In this document: piece by piece, positions 19,701 through 28,569 of the stretch | Layout: each line of letters opens with the position of its first letter | Numbering within the stretch: the first letter of the stretch is position 1 | From: a virus | Taxonomy: Duplodnaviria; Caudoviricetes | Reading direction: 5' to 3' (one strand) | DNA length: 63,393 nucleotides | Virus record (IMG/VR): IMGVR_UViG_3300028197_000950 | Location: 1 to 63,393 of that record | Program-made: the position numbers and the translations under genes | The notes under the pieces: model-generated | What the model saw: only the letters and a program-made list of their open reading frames with translations | What the model was told of the DNA's origin: nothing | The model's database searches: none

Positions 19701-20226
19701 AGTTTATTTTCTTTAATGAAACTAAGTTACCTGATCTTCTATCTGTATCTTCTTCTAGCCTAGTTAAAGGCTCAGATTGATTTTTTAATTTATCCGCGTC
19801 TTCAGCTATGTTAGATAAATCTACGTTTTTTCTATTAAATGAGTTTTGTATTTTAGTTTTTTCTTCATCATTTAAACTAGTTAAATCATAAGTTTCTATA
19901 ACATCGTATTTTCCTTCTGGTATATTTTCAGAGTTTTTTGGTACTTTGATTTTTCCCTTAGACTTTTTTTCTTCTTTAATATCTTTTTTACCTAAGTTTT
20001 CAGGATCATTTTCATTTTTTTGAGAGTCCAAAGAAGTATCTTCCGAGCTGGATTCCGTACTGTCTTGACTTTCCGCCGCTACAGGTGCAGCTTTCTCCGC
20101 AACGACTTTTGGCTTTTCCACCTCTGCAGGTTTATTGTCAATATCCCACTGGTTAAGTAGTTCTAAAGCTTCTGCTTTTTTTACTCCTTTATCTTTTAAA
20201 GATTGTACGTATTCTTTTTTAGTCAT
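10729..20226 (-). CDS. Giant (3165 aa) polyvalent, probably virion-ejected protein with zincin, PD-(D/E)XK and HAD-like domains
   Basis: HESLH followed by AEE; GFAYE...SDF...VEVK; VFDFDDTL...VLTAR...K...YFADD; last gene of the tail/ejection module. Confidence 0.75.
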   Translation of the reverse strand: MTKKEYVQSLKDKGVKKAEALELLNQWDIDNKPAEVEKPKVVAEKAAPVAAESQDSTESSSEDTSLDSQKNENDPENLGKKDIKEEKKSKGKIKVPKNSENIPEGKYDVIETYDLTSLNDEEKTKIQNSFNRKNVDLSNIAEDADKLKNQSEPLTRLEEDTDRRSGNLVSLKKINYNYTEPETKKRINRPGEDKESTVETSKGNYYIAYYKQDKKNGFFNFNTAKEIQGDTPIYLTFEQEEELFGKKDDVVTTDQVTIRDPKDETLPELVVTAESSLIPANPSEIINEINVIDQELNNPETTPERVEELKENKNNKQSKLVQAYRNNNMLSSIEEKQEKPKPTDWTGKGGYFKNTDNGYEIKTEKNYGQTGIFGIKKKLGKNIREFENLESDAVRDNINEKYINNGIGAIRDGSDVYVYKNPVFKDDGSVDYRKTLEANGISADQMPKRNSFGEVIYETDDFNKLMERKGLSYKADFGARGNKVEDIEGITNFIDKNISEYKKSNSTAPGAKADNSKEIKEKKKTINLIKGNINEQKSNIQQRTKIILDTSKISEDITKQKTLLRKQFIKSNEEIRLIEKDNKILKEEIDNGSNVQSKKVDQLKKEIANNPDLAKQLTKEYVKWEKGFMSDQKDSIKTYNKNLEKEKSISSKYKEFYDDKIPNIESLTEEYNAGIGGFTKLKDEFDGLLADNDFLTALEGEYTASNLMLSGRLEKMSEKYEAQGSYIRELYNTVVGQVAETSVGRVQAFQLFARGINYLGHEIYSSGSPDFIKKAFGINDRQYKSYKQRFAFENASIDSNIKAIKDQLQLSGNDEKFSQEFAQSLVGGTINSFAQMYGAVIGAPLTGLAGGYFFGTLAAEQADAVRVENEFIADHPELSRSEAKKRFDEIWSPASRQGYALAKATVQGALSYVTAGIMKGNIKITEKVVGRVTNSVMKNLTGNVTAKDIQIAVNKKIGDLSAKALSKFGKVTGSGIDELLDETIQTGADYFITEMFNKGTGNQLSFELPAYTSSEFKKEMKHMAGVSFLSGNAGGSFQAMINSEQILSDYEAENSFAERKQFEKNMEELANTLRSPEDLSVALTQIKEQIGQEVNGEIYTQEQFDEDAFEMNKAFSRFNKIDPNINGKAQMEVAQLLEANEKLEVEAKKLGPNTNARIKNQIEDNNKQIQEITTDSNNEISKELTEQEQLDFTDKQLKIVSLQKIKNLAKDQDISKEDADNLLNESKVEVFDDENVDEIAKKYNLNKEDLLDPEGVYLKDKGIILMSKTATKGVLEHESLHNFLDIALSDPKNKNVVFGIAEALKKQMAEVDPETARKIERQLDKYRSDENYTDADVAEEILTYYTQLKKRGEFKKGTTVGGEIQAGVRRLFQGLGMEIEINENNVMEVLDDYIRNTGRGKLTRSQRKLAKGKVKFSDIIKKSGDLIASENDTKVIPINKQSETTTEDIKSRDTKMVAAKPISVDTKSMSNSFDQNITEDLKTNDDFKESEAALDAFDAIENNSNFNSYINQLITRDGNLQSLSPSVKEEVNRKIKENLQIRTLKNFKPELDGNRRSLFSFIYGKASENGMGGIAQKALLDVKKEYATRPDSNARSIDKPTSEGQAFDIEDKSAEQDIINRIDGGEASAAPKSQFRRNLIVGDQKGLNNEQVEDFKKVSENVSNKLPDANAKNFRTKLDQLAGTELKSWVKDNILKGQDYKTFIKDNYNNIRDLDIKYLIDLDKGLMKQGKPRMFTKPNRRLTSQADIRKYRDSGRAYVENESQGVMLYDILNPGAGATVDFFTKEKPSTVSNRKGKLAESLGRQMFKDALPEIRNKKGESDQTKAMSAKKTQKDPRLLFAKKLDGLDLDKNQEKTFVKRVGQIVDNNPGITLQEAINLEYNKIGTNKGFAYENVIIERLKALKIKGFNVSGQAGGNKKGISDFAATIFDNALNVEVKLAVAQYGDVGLRFRNGLIDFNNNVKKKNYSFKERIRKELFEKADKALKAYRKRAGELGADLNVYDKTGKLPADIYIQLGEGLDAEGVADLKPKYSAIKEKYPDGIKGEGLQKAITQIAEFDITPVREIYENKVPPTSYIQLQGSGLFFMGKNPLGLPLPELTGNVDLTLRVNKGKSSVNKDGVMMTTVNLRVLPSKLRNIPKSDYTLDSASSVSSLMKTEAVKMLEAKVPAKESNIKELSNEVVKFSKTETNEDIINYASTVDEALKLANSLDQPVKKIRVFDFDDTLATTKSDVLFTAPDGTEGKLNAEQFATQGAQLLEQGYEFDFSEFNKVTKGKPGPLLDIAKKIQDARGTQDVFVLTARNPAAQVAIKEFLDSQGLDIPLENITGLGDSTGAAKAKWMVNKAAEGYNDFYFADDAYQNVKAVRDVMSVIDVKSKVQQARIKESKKLSDEFNDLLEETTGVDAFKEYSAAKAKTIGASKGNFKFFIPYSAEDFLGLVYPTLSKGSKGDAQMAWYKTNLIDKYTKAQENLSTSRLNLMNDFKQLKKSLNIPANLRKKNSSGFTNEQAVRVHLFTSMGYEVPGLSKRDLKQLNDTVENDATLKEFSEQILQITKGDGYSKPDANWLVGTITTDLINLINTEKRSKYLSEWQESIDTIYSKENLNKLEAIYGTKYVDALTNMLTRMKTGKNRLTSGSKIENQILDYVNGSIGTIMFFNTRSAVLQTISSINFVNWSFNNPYQAGKAFANQKQYWSDFKELMNSDYLLDRRNGLKLNISESEIADAAATSKNKAKAAINYLLQKGFLPTQYADSFAIASGGATFYRNRIKDLVRQGKTETEAKEQALIEFRQVAEESQQSSDPSRISQQQSSNVGRLILAFANTPMQYARIQKRAIQDLVNGRGDAKSHVSRIVYYGFVQNVIFNALQQAVFALGFGDDDDEKEEAKNKKYLNVANGMLDSLLRGLGIGGAAVSVAKNFLMDIYERSGRDRPEYVDSVWEVTRFSPPIYSKLSKLKQAGWQFDSKKRRELIFEKGFSLDNPAYEAAAKVVSATTNVPLDRVMYKIKNIEGALDEDNEIWQRVAMMGGWPKWQLESPKTAADLTPEQKAEVKAKSKIDNYKKAKGSKDYDTIKKLTSDQQVKMLKSLGFGEYTIKNAKTEKAKIDLIIAKNSKKKNIVDKKAIEEYKYKKLNKAEQVRKLDSLGLSKDEIKALKLEADRVEKLVELMK

Positions 20227-20238
20227 AATAATATTTTA

Positions 20239-22290
20239 TTAATCTTCAAATTGTTCTGCTAACTGCTCGTTAGATTCTTTTTCTTCTTTAACTACATCTG
20301 GCATTTTGTAACGATCTTTAATATCTGCTATTCTTCTAGTATATTGAGTTTGATAACCTTTATTTCGTTTTTTATTTTGTTCTTCAGAATTTCCATTTTT
20401 ACTATTATCAGTACCTTTATATATAGCTTCAAGATTTTCTAACATAACACTATCTTTACCCTTAAGTAAAGCAGCTATTTCATCTTTATTTTCTTCATAT
20501 AATTTATTTACATCCCATTTTGAAGGATCTTTTTGGTTTTGAGGTTTGTGATATTTTCCTCTATCGTCTTTAGATATTATACCAGCTGTTTGTAACATCA
20601 ATACCTTAGGATTCCAGCCAACATTTAAATGCTCCATTCTTAATATAGCTTTTTCAGAATCAGACAAAGCGTTGTAAACATCTTCACCTATGTCTGCTTT
20701 TAAACCTTTCTTATCAGTTCCATCAAAATAAGCCCCAGATTTACCAGGAAGAACTTTTGTTGAATTTAAATGATCATCAACTCTAGTGTCATCTTCATCT
20801 CCGTAACTAGGTATACCTGCAGTTCCTTCATCTCCGTCATAACCTCCATAAGTAGTTTCTATGTTTGTTAGAAAAGTATTTGAATCTTGCTCAAAATCTA
20901 CGTCCTCACCTTTTTTATTTTTATAAACAGGTTTTTCTATATCAGTATTAGAATCGTAAAAGTTTTTAACTAATACCTCTTCTTCTTTAACTACTTCAGT
21001 ATTACCTGTTTTATTATCATTTACTTCAACACCACCAGCGCCTGTTTGTTCATTATTAACTATTTCTTCTTCTTGTTTTTGACCTTCTGTATTTTCTTCT
21101 TGCTCTTCGTCTAGTGTAATTTGTAATTCGTTAGCACCTTGTAAAGATTGATCAGCTAAAAAACCTAAAGCAGGTTCATAAAAATCTTTATAAAAAAGCT
21201 TGTAAAGCTCTTTTTCTTCTTCAGTTGCATTAGGTCTTTTAGCTGCTTCAATTATTTGATCTGAAGTTTTACCAGAGTAAACAGTATCGTTTTCTTCTCC
21301 ATTAGGCCACTGTGTAGTGGAGATTCCAGCATCAAACATTTGATCTTCCCAAATACTCTCAGCAGCATTGCCATCTCCAGCTAGTAAACCTTCAAACATT
21401 CCTCCAGTTGCATAATCAGAACCAGGTTCTTTACCTATTATATCGTTTTTATAATCTGCCTGTTGTTGAGTAGTCATTGAAAAACCACCTTTATCGTTTT
21501 TGGTAGTATATTTTTCTAAAAAAGTTCCACCTTCACTTTTGTCTTCAATTATTGTTTTAAAAAACCCACTTGTAGTTTCCTCAGTTGGTATTGCAAATTT
21601 TAAATATTGTTCTCCTGCTTGTTGAGCTTTGTTAAATTCAGTTATATTTAAAGTTTGTTTAGTAGTTCTATCATATAGCATTATATTACCACCTTCTCTT
21701 CTAAATTCAATGTCTTCAGCTTCTGCACCACCACCAGATATTTTTCTTATTATCTGTAGTTGAGCTGCTGGAGCACCTGTATTGCTTAATTTTCCTCCAC
21801 TATTTAAATCGGCTTTAGTTGCTTTTTCTATTTCCGAATTAAAAGCAACCATGTTAGTAACACCCTCGCCATATTGGTTAACCATGTTCTCTATCATAGC
21901 TAGATCTTGCTGACCTAAGCTAGGATCTTTCATATCTTTAATACTATTCTTTATCCTGTAATAATCATCTATTAAACCATTCATAAACACATCGGCCTTT
22001 TTATCAGTTCCTTCAAATCCAGTATCATAAGCAGCACTACCAACTTTGTTATATAGTTTTTGAGTTTGCTTTTGGTAATCTTTATTTAATTCACTTAAAG
22101 CATCTGCTTTAGGAGCTATAGATTCTGTAACTAAAGATAAACCTGTATTTACTAGCGCACTAATGTTCTGTGTATTTCTAGCCTGTCTATTAGCCTCTTG
22201 TTGATCACTATCTTTTAAAGTCTCTTTAAGTAGAGTGTTGTTTAACTCTAATGCTCCGGTACTTATTTGTTTAGGTTTACTATAACTCAT
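20239..22290 (-). CDS. Putative internal virion/ejection protein
   Basis: 683-aa ORF between the pilot-like protein and the giant protein; function from position only. Confidence 0.55.
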   Translation of the reverse strand: MSYSKPKQISTGALELNNTLLKETLKDSDQQEANRQARNTQNISALVNTGLSLVTESIAPKADALSELNKDYQKQTQKLYNKVGSAAYDTGFEGTDKKADVFMNGLIDDYYRIKNSIKDMKDPSLGQQDLAMIENMVNQYGEGVTNMVAFNSEIEKATKADLNSGGKLSNTGAPAAQLQIIRKISGGGAEAEDIEFRREGGNIMLYDRTTKQTLNITEFNKAQQAGEQYLKFAIPTEETTSGFFKTIIEDKSEGGTFLEKYTTKNDKGGFSMTTQQQADYKNDIIGKEPGSDYATGGMFEGLLAGDGNAAESIWEDQMFDAGISTTQWPNGEENDTVYSGKTSDQIIEAAKRPNATEEEKELYKLFYKDFYEPALGFLADQSLQGANELQITLDEEQEENTEGQKQEEEIVNNEQTGAGGVEVNDNKTGNTEVVKEEEVLVKNFYDSNTDIEKPVYKNKKGEDVDFEQDSNTFLTNIETTYGGYDGDEGTAGIPSYGDEDDTRVDDHLNSTKVLPGKSGAYFDGTDKKGLKADIGEDVYNALSDSEKAILRMEHLNVGWNPKVLMLQTAGIISKDDRGKYHKPQNQKDPSKWDVNKLYEENKDEIAALLKGKDSVMLENLEAIYKGTDNSKNGNSEEQNKKRNKGYQTQYTRRIADIKDRYKMPDVVKEEKESNEQLAEQFED

Positions 22291-22300
22291 TTTTTTTATA

Positions 22301-22870
22301 TTAAGCTTGTGCTTCGTTTACATAAGATGTATTGAACGCATTTAAATTCTCCATAACACTTTGCTCTGTGTTATCTAGTTTAGTAGCAGCTCTATCTATA
22401 TCTGCATTTTGTCTAGTTTCAGTAGTATTGAATTTGAATTTCTCACCTTCAGCCATTTTGCTCTGCAGTGCCTGTGCTCCAGCTGCTGCTTTATCTTGAT
22501 TAGCTTTTTCTTGTTGTTCTAGTGAAGCAGAAATACCTCTTTTACTTTGCAATGCAGCTTGAGCCAATGCAGTAGCACCACCAGCTCCAGCCCCAGAAGC
22601 TGCCATAGTATCTAATGTATTTGCTAAAGCTATATCAGTTTGTTCAGCTTGAAACTCAGCGGCTTGAGTAGCAACACCTAAATTAGCCATTTGATTAGTC
22701 ATGCCAGCATATGGATTTATAGCTGGTTGCCTATTCTTTACTAAATTATCTAAAGCTTTTTGCTTAGCTTTTATTAGTTTTACACCTTTGTCTCTTTGCG
22801 CTTGTATTTTATCTCGTCTTAATTGTTCTGCCCTTTCTAGAGCACTGTTATTGTCTTTACATCTACCCAT
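22301..22870 (-). CDS. Putative DNA pilot/ejection protein
   Basis: Ala/Gln-rich coiled coil with a GAGAGGATALAQA segment. Confidence 0.55.
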   Translation of the reverse strand: MGRCKDNNSALERAEQLRRDKIQAQRDKGVKLIKAKQKALDNLVKNRQPAINPYAGMTNQMANLGVATQAAEFQAEQTDIALANTLDTMAASGAGAGGATALAQAALQSKRGISASLEQQEKANQDKAAAGAQALQSKMAEGEKFKFNTTETRQNADIDRAATKLDNTEQSVMENLNAFNTSYVNEAQA

Positions 22871-22883
22871 ATCTTTTTATTTA

Positions 22884-23285
22884 CTATATTACTTTAATTA
22901 TTTTATGCAAAGGATCACTTACATTCCAGTTTTTCTTTTTAAAAGTTGATATTAAACTTTTGTTGTCACTAACTGTTATTATATATTTCTTACCAGCTGC
23001 TTCAACCATATCTTCAACTATATTTAACAAGCTTATTAAAGCTTTGGCTCTAGTTATTCTATTAGCTTTTTTGTCAGATATTATCCAGTCAAACCACACT
23101 ATGTTTGAGTTACTCCAAAACAAGAAACCTGCTATTATAGGCTTATTGTTTTTTTCAATCATAACCCCACCTTTGCCATTTTCCGGTAACATATCTTGAG
23201 GTATCGGATCCCATCCCCAGTCTTTCCACCATTTTACTAGTGTACTATAATCTTTTTCTGTAAGATTTCTTACGTTTAATTCCAT
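22884..23285 (-). CDS. GNAT acetyltransferase-like protein
   Basis: N-terminal VRNLTEKDY and beta-alpha pattern; position between tail and ejection genes is typical of podoviruses. Confidence 0.55.
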   Translation of the reverse strand: MELNVRNLTEKDYSTLVKWWKDWGWDPIPQDMLPENGKGGVMIEKNNKPIIAGFLFWSNSNIVWFDWIISDKKANRITRAKALISLLNIVEDMVEAAGKKYIITVSDNKSLISTFKKKNWNVSDPLHKIIKVI

Positions 23286-23295
23286 TTAATTTAAT

Positions 23296-25077
23296 TTAAT
23301 ATGATGACGTTACAAAATTAGTAGCTGAAGACCATAGTTCTTTTGGACCACCTAGTTGAGTAGTTTCGTCTGTTTCAATTTTTACTGTAGCAAAATATCC
23401 TTTAATTCCGCTCATCTTATTGCCAAATATAATTTCATCAGCTGTAGGCGTTGAATTATTTACTAGATTAGCAACGTATCTATTTTCTTTCCTATCAAAC
23501 CCGGCTCTAAATGGTTGGCCTGTATTTATATCTGTGTATAAACCTTCATTGTAACTTTTTATTGATAATATTTTATCATTATTCTGTACATAGGAAGATG
23601 TGCCGTCTGGATTAACGTCTTGTCCAGTAAAACCAGATATATAAGAAACTACTTCCCATCCATTGCTACCTTCGTAAGATATAGTATTAAAGTTTTTCAT
23701 TACATCTGGCTGCGGGTTAAAAACAAAAGTCACATTAGATGGACTTCTTGAGTTATAAAAAACTCCTCTTTCATTTAGTCCTGGCGTGTCAAAATATTGT
23801 TGATAAACTTGAGAACTATTAATTGATGTGTTCCCTTTACCTATAGTATAGAATTTATTTAATATACTAAATAATGCTACGGGTTTATAAGTAAAAAAGC
23901 TAACCCAACCGTTTATTTCCTCATCAAAAGCTAATGTCTTATATGATTCTCTTGCTGTAGAAGCTTGGCTAGAGTTTTTCTGAAGTGATAAGACATAGTT
24001 TTTAGCATGTATATCAAAACCTCCTTTTATCTGGCCTTTTGTTGGAAAAACAAATGTTAAAGTACCACTTAAATCATTTTCAAAAACAGTAGAATAATAT
24101 ATAATTGTATTACCGCCACTAATTTCAATATTAGTTATATACCCTTGAGTCTGTATATTATTAGCTCCTTGTATATACATGCCAGTTGTTATATTGTAAC
24201 CACTTTCTATATTGTTTACAGTTACCAACGTATCACCAGTTGTTCCTTCTGAAACCCAAGTTGCAGTAAAAGTATTTAAAGTTTGTTCATTTGATATTTC
24301 AGCTAACTCATCTCTAAAATAATCACGCATACCATACATACTTATTTCAGTTAAACCATCATTAGATAATCTCATTATAGCATTACGGCTTTTATCAGAA
24401 AAATACTTCCTATAGTTATATATTGCAAATGATTCTGGATTTTTACTTATTCCGTACTCTCCTTTATAAGGAACAAACTGACCTATCACCTTTTGACCTG
24501 CTTGTGTTTGTGTACCACTTTCGGTTGTATATATAGTATCTTTATCTATTAATGCTCTATGTATTCTATTCTCTTGAAATACTATTAAGTTAGTTTCTTC
24601 AGCATGTGTAAGTTGTATTGATCCGTGAACAGGATCTAAAGATCTAGTTATAGCATCTCCAACAGAAAATACATTAGTTTGATTTATACCGGTTCTAGAA
24701 TTATAAATACCTGAGTAAATCAAAGTACTTATTCTTCTTTGTTGCTGTGGATATTCTTCGTCTAAATAAGCTCTAACACCTTGGTCAGTAAAAGTATCAT
24801 TATAACCACCTCTAATTCTAGACTCTTCAATATACCAATTACTGTTTCCAGCTACTGGTGTGGTAGCGGAGGTTGGGTTCAGAGGAACAAATAATAGCCC
24901 ATTAAGGAGTGCTGTGTTAATTGCAATGTCTGTAAGTGGCGCTATTGCCGGCCAAGAAAAAACTGGGTAAGAATTGTTTTGAACATCGCCAGCTTGCTGT
25001 TCCCATCGAACTGCTAATGTTCTTCTCACTATGTAAGTGTTGAAAAAATCTACTTCTATTACTGCTCCGGTTGACAT
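23296..25077 (-). CDS. Tail structural/stabilisation protein (beta-rich)
   Basis: GEYGISKNPESF, YFSD...IMRLS.DGLTEIS and TLAFDE..NGWVSF resemble podoviral nozzle/stabilisation proteins. Confidence 0.65.
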   Translation of the reverse strand: MSTGAVIEVDFFNTYIVRRTLAVRWEQQAGDVQNNSYPVFSWPAIAPLTDIAINTALLNGLLFVPLNPTSATTPVAGNSNWYIEESRIRGGYNDTFTDQGVRAYLDEEYPQQQRRISTLIYSGIYNSRTGINQTNVFSVGDAITRSLDPVHGSIQLTHAEETNLIVFQENRIHRALIDKDTIYTTESGTQTQAGQKVIGQFVPYKGEYGISKNPESFAIYNYRKYFSDKSRNAIMRLSNDGLTEISMYGMRDYFRDELAEISNEQTLNTFTATWVSEGTTGDTLVTVNNIESGYNITTGMYIQGANNIQTQGYITNIEISGGNTIIYYSTVFENDLSGTLTFVFPTKGQIKGGFDIHAKNYVLSLQKNSSQASTARESYKTLAFDEEINGWVSFFTYKPVALFSILNKFYTIGKGNTSINSSQVYQQYFDTPGLNERGVFYNSRSPSNVTFVFNPQPDVMKNFNTISYEGSNGWEVVSYISGFTGQDVNPDGTSSYVQNNDKILSIKSYNEGLYTDINTGQPFRAGFDRKENRYVANLVNNSTPTADEIIFGNKMSGIKGYFATVKIETDETTQLGGPKELWSSATNFVTSSY

Positions 25078-25097
25078 ATCATTAATTTAGTTTTTTA

Positions 25098-28000
25098 TTA
25101 ATTACCCCTTATTTGGCTATTAACCACACTTGAACCGCTAGCTGGAGAAATACCCTCTTCAACAGGTTCTAATGGAACGTCTGGAGCAACTGGTAATACG
25201 CTTGCTCCAGCGGCTATTCTACTATTTAATTCAGTTACTAACCCAGAAGTTGATGTTTCCCAATATATTTCAAGTTTAGAAACTCTTGGAACAATTTCTG
25301 CTATAGAAAACCCATAATCTTCATTAAGACTACCAGGCAAGCCAAATACCTCTTGATTAGCACCAGATACTATTATAGCAGGTGGATTGTTTCCACTTTG
25401 CTGTAAACCTACAACTTCTGAATCAATAGAATCATCACTAAGTCCTAAGTCTAAAACTTTTCCATAGCCTTGAATACTAGCTGTAGAAGCTCCAAAATAA
25501 AAATTACCAGGATAAACACTACCTCTACTAAAGAAAGTTGGAGTTCCAGTTAGGTATTGAAAATCTGAACCAACTCTAATATTTAGCCTAGTATCACTAG
25601 TGCCAAATTGGTTTTGCTCAGGTGCTACCGCTCCTAAATCAGCAGGTATCTTATTTACGTTGTCAGCTAATAAAGAAGTTATATACGTAGTAAGATAGTT
25701 ATTTATACCACCTGCGTTTATTCTAGCGCCACTAGCAATAGTTTGAAAACCTCCTAAATAAGCGTTGTAATATTCTTCTGCTAATTGCTTTACTACTATT
25801 TTATAACTATACCAACCTAATTTGTTTTCTTGAGTGTAAACAGTTAAGTCAGATGAGTTGGGTATACTTAAGGTTTTGTTTACTGTTATAGTCTTGTTTG
25901 TAGAGTCAATAGAATTTACAGCAGCAGTAAATAAGTTTGCTGTGCTAGATTGAGGTCCAGTAACTATATCTCCTACAGATATTTGATCAAAATCATTATT
26001 AACAGGTTGTACATTTAGTTGAGTAGCGTTAACTGTAGAATTTATTTTTCCACTAAAAGAAGAGCCGTTACCAACAACACATAGCTTATCTCCAATTTCA
26101 TAACCACTTCCACCATCAGTAACTACACCTTGCGCAACCAGTAGTGGAGCACTGAAAGCTCCAGAATTTAGTACCGTTATTTGAAGTTTAGCACCTGATC
26201 CGTTGCCAGAATATCCTGTTTGATAAACTAAATCTAAAGGAGCTGTTCCACCACCATTAACAAGAGTAAATCCAGTACCCTCTTCTAAAGTATTATAAGG
26301 CCCAGGTTCTCCAGTGTTAACCCAATAAACAGTGTCTGGAAACCCTTTTAAAGACGGTAAGGATCCGTCACTAATAGATATCACATTACTACTAATAACC
26401 TCAGCATTTGTCTTAAATTTATAACTAACAGCTTTGTATATACCTGGATATCCTTGAGGATTATCCTTTAAAGACGGTATACCTAAACCAGAAAAAAGCA
26501 CTTTTATAGAATTACCTTTCCATAATTCTGGTCTTATTGAATCAGTTCCAGACCTACCTGTAGAATATGGACTATAAAAAGTAGAACCATCAAAAGTAGT
26601 ATTTCCACCATCTTGGGACTGTTGGAATTGTATTTCATTTGATAATATAACATCAGACTGTCTTCCGTATCTATCAGCTAAAACTATACCTACTTGATAT
26701 GTTCTGTTTTGTTTTACTGTATGGATAGGATATGCCATTGAACAATTAGAGCTGTAATTACTAGTGCCTATAATGTTAAAATTAGATGAACTTCTAGCTT
26801 CGTATTTTTCACTAACAGATATTGAGTAATCTAAGCCAGTAGGTGGAGAATGTTTATCTATAAAATTGCCATATATTACTCTATTGCCTGAAATAGATTG
26901 AGACTTTGCTCTAATAGGCACTTTATCAAAAACTCTTTCTACTTCTCTTGAAGGCAGTGTTCTAAAAGGGTTTTTTGATTGATAATCATATATAAGATTT
27001 CTAGATGCACCTTGTGTAGGGTCAAAATCAGAAACTTTAAATTCTTCTAAAACTTGAATTGAAAGAGCATTAGATTCTCTATATATTAATTGTACTTCAG
27101 TTACTTTTAATGCGGTTTCTAATTGAGCTTGTGTATACGGTAATGGAATTGTTATTCTTACTTGATCTACTTCGTTCTCAAAAAAATCTAATATTGTGCT
27201 ATTAGAAATTGCATCTATTACACCTTTGCTAGGGTCAGCCCTAATATCAGTTCCTAAATCATATCTTGTAGGAATATAACCTTTATTTCTAGGTATAAAA
27301 GCTGGTTGAGTAAATGGAGATATTAAAGAGAACTCCCCGTCATCAAATTTAAATCTATAAGCAAATCTAACAAATTTATCAGTTAAAAACTCATCATCAC
27401 CAGGCCAACTACTTATGTAATTAGGATTAGGCCATGCTAATGTAACTTTAGTGCCCTCATCAAATGCGAAATCGGGGCCAGATATAGCTCTTGGAGGAGA
27501 AATGCCTAATAATTTATAGTTTGGATTTACACCAGGGACTGCTGGAACGTCTGTTACACTAGTTATTATTGTTTCAAAACCATTAAATGTATCTGTTATT
27601 TTCATCTTTGTGAAAACTCCATCAGGATTTGATAGCCCCGAACCATTTGGAAAGGCATCACCGGCAATTATTGAAATTTCATTTGCAGTTGCTGGATTTG
27701 GATATGCAGCACATCGCGAAAAAACACTAGGTGCAAGATATTCGTCTGTTACATTTTTTGAAGAAGTATCTACAAAACAAAGTGACGTTTTTCCAATTAA
27801 ATTTATTGCACTTGTTAAACGAAAACTATAAGGAGATACATAACTTACTGTTCTTATATAAACGTCTGGATAACCGACAACTGCCATACCAGGTATTAAG
27901 TTTTCAGTACTATCATTAGTTGTAATTGTTAAAACAGTACCACTAGAAGTTATATTATCTATACATACTTCATTCCATAAAATTGGAGCTTGATAAGGAT

Positions 28001-28565
28001 AGTATTTAGCAACTGATATTTGATCCTCTGTAGTATAGTATCCAGGAGAGAAAGGGTTAACAGTTGGGGTATCTTGGTTTACATTTATTTTTCTAGGTTG
28101 ATTCCTATCGTCTGTCCAGAATAAAAGTTTTTCTAATAAATCTATGCCCGTTACAGGGTGTGTTTTAGAGAAATTTAAAAAACTACCTTCAACAAGTATT
28201 TTAAATCTAAGCAGTGGATCTGTTTGTTTATTATCAAACTTTAATATATAACAAGAAGCACCATAAGGAGCTACGTTATCTAATGTGCTTACAGACGTAT
28301 CAACATAGTTTGTTGCAATAAAATAAGCTGATTCTGAACTTTCATCTATTGTATGGCCAATTATTTCTAAATTTGGAATAGATCCTAAGCCCCAATCACC
28401 TAAAAATGTATTTCCTAATATATTTTCTAAAGCGCCAACGTCTTCTCCCTCTGACCTACTTACCTGAACATTTTCCGCGTCTCTATACTCACCTTTAGAA
28501 AGCAGTCTGTCATCAAGATCTTTATTCATCTTGGATTTTATAAAAGTATTCCTTGCGTTAGCCAT
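25098..28565 (-). CDS. Large tail stabilisation/muzzle-like protein with inserted modules
   Basis: KMNKDLDDRL...GEYRDAEN, LLFWTDDRNQPRKIN, VRFAYRFKF and GNRVIYGNF. Confidence 0.7.
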   Translation of the reverse strand: MANARNTFIKSKMNKDLDDRLLSKGEYRDAENVQVSRSEGEDVGALENILGNTFLGDWGLGSIPNLEIIGHTIDESSESAYFIATNYVDTSVSTLDNVAPYGASCYILKFDNKQTDPLLRFKILVEGSFLNFSKTHPVTGIDLLEKLLFWTDDRNQPRKINVNQDTPTVNPFSPGYYTTEDQISVAKYYPYQAPILWNEVCIDNITSSGTVLTITTNDSTENLIPGMAVVGYPDVYIRTVSYVSPYSFRLTSAINLIGKTSLCFVDTSSKNVTDEYLAPSVFSRCAAYPNPATANEISIIAGDAFPNGSGLSNPDGVFTKMKITDTFNGFETIITSVTDVPAVPGVNPNYKLLGISPPRAISGPDFAFDEGTKVTLAWPNPNYISSWPGDDEFLTDKFVRFAYRFKFDDGEFSLISPFTQPAFIPRNKGYIPTRYDLGTDIRADPSKGVIDAISNSTILDFFENEVDQVRITIPLPYTQAQLETALKVTEVQLIYRESNALSIQVLEEFKVSDFDPTQGASRNLIYDYQSKNPFRTLPSREVERVFDKVPIRAKSQSISGNRVIYGNFIDKHSPPTGLDYSISVSEKYEARSSSNFNIIGTSNYSSNCSMAYPIHTVKQNRTYQVGIVLADRYGRQSDVILSNEIQFQQSQDGGNTTFDGSTFYSPYSTGRSGTDSIRPELWKGNSIKVLFSGLGIPSLKDNPQGYPGIYKAVSYKFKTNAEVISSNVISISDGSLPSLKGFPDTVYWVNTGEPGPYNTLEEGTGFTLVNGGGTAPLDLVYQTGYSGNGSGAKLQITVLNSGAFSAPLLVAQGVVTDGGSGYEIGDKLCVVGNGSSFSGKINSTVNATQLNVQPVNNDFDQISVGDIVTGPQSSTANLFTAAVNSIDSTNKTITVNKTLSIPNSSDLTVYTQENKLGWYSYKIVVKQLAEEYYNAYLGGFQTIASGARINAGGINNYLTTYITSLLADNVNKIPADLGAVAPEQNQFGTSDTRLNIRVGSDFQYLTGTPTFFSRGSVYPGNFYFGASTASIQGYGKVLDLGLSDDSIDSEVVGLQQSGNNPPAIIVSGANQEVFGLPGSLNEDYGFSIAEIVPRVSKLEIYWETSTSGLVTELNSRIAAGASVLPVAPDVPLEPVEEGISPASGSSVVNSQIRGN

Positions 28566-28569
28566 TTAT

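Noticed and set aside
23296-28565. Split or frameshifted single tail gene
   Set aside because: The two ORFs are separated by a 20-nt spacer with a clean stop, an A-rich leader and an ATG; no slippery site is needed.
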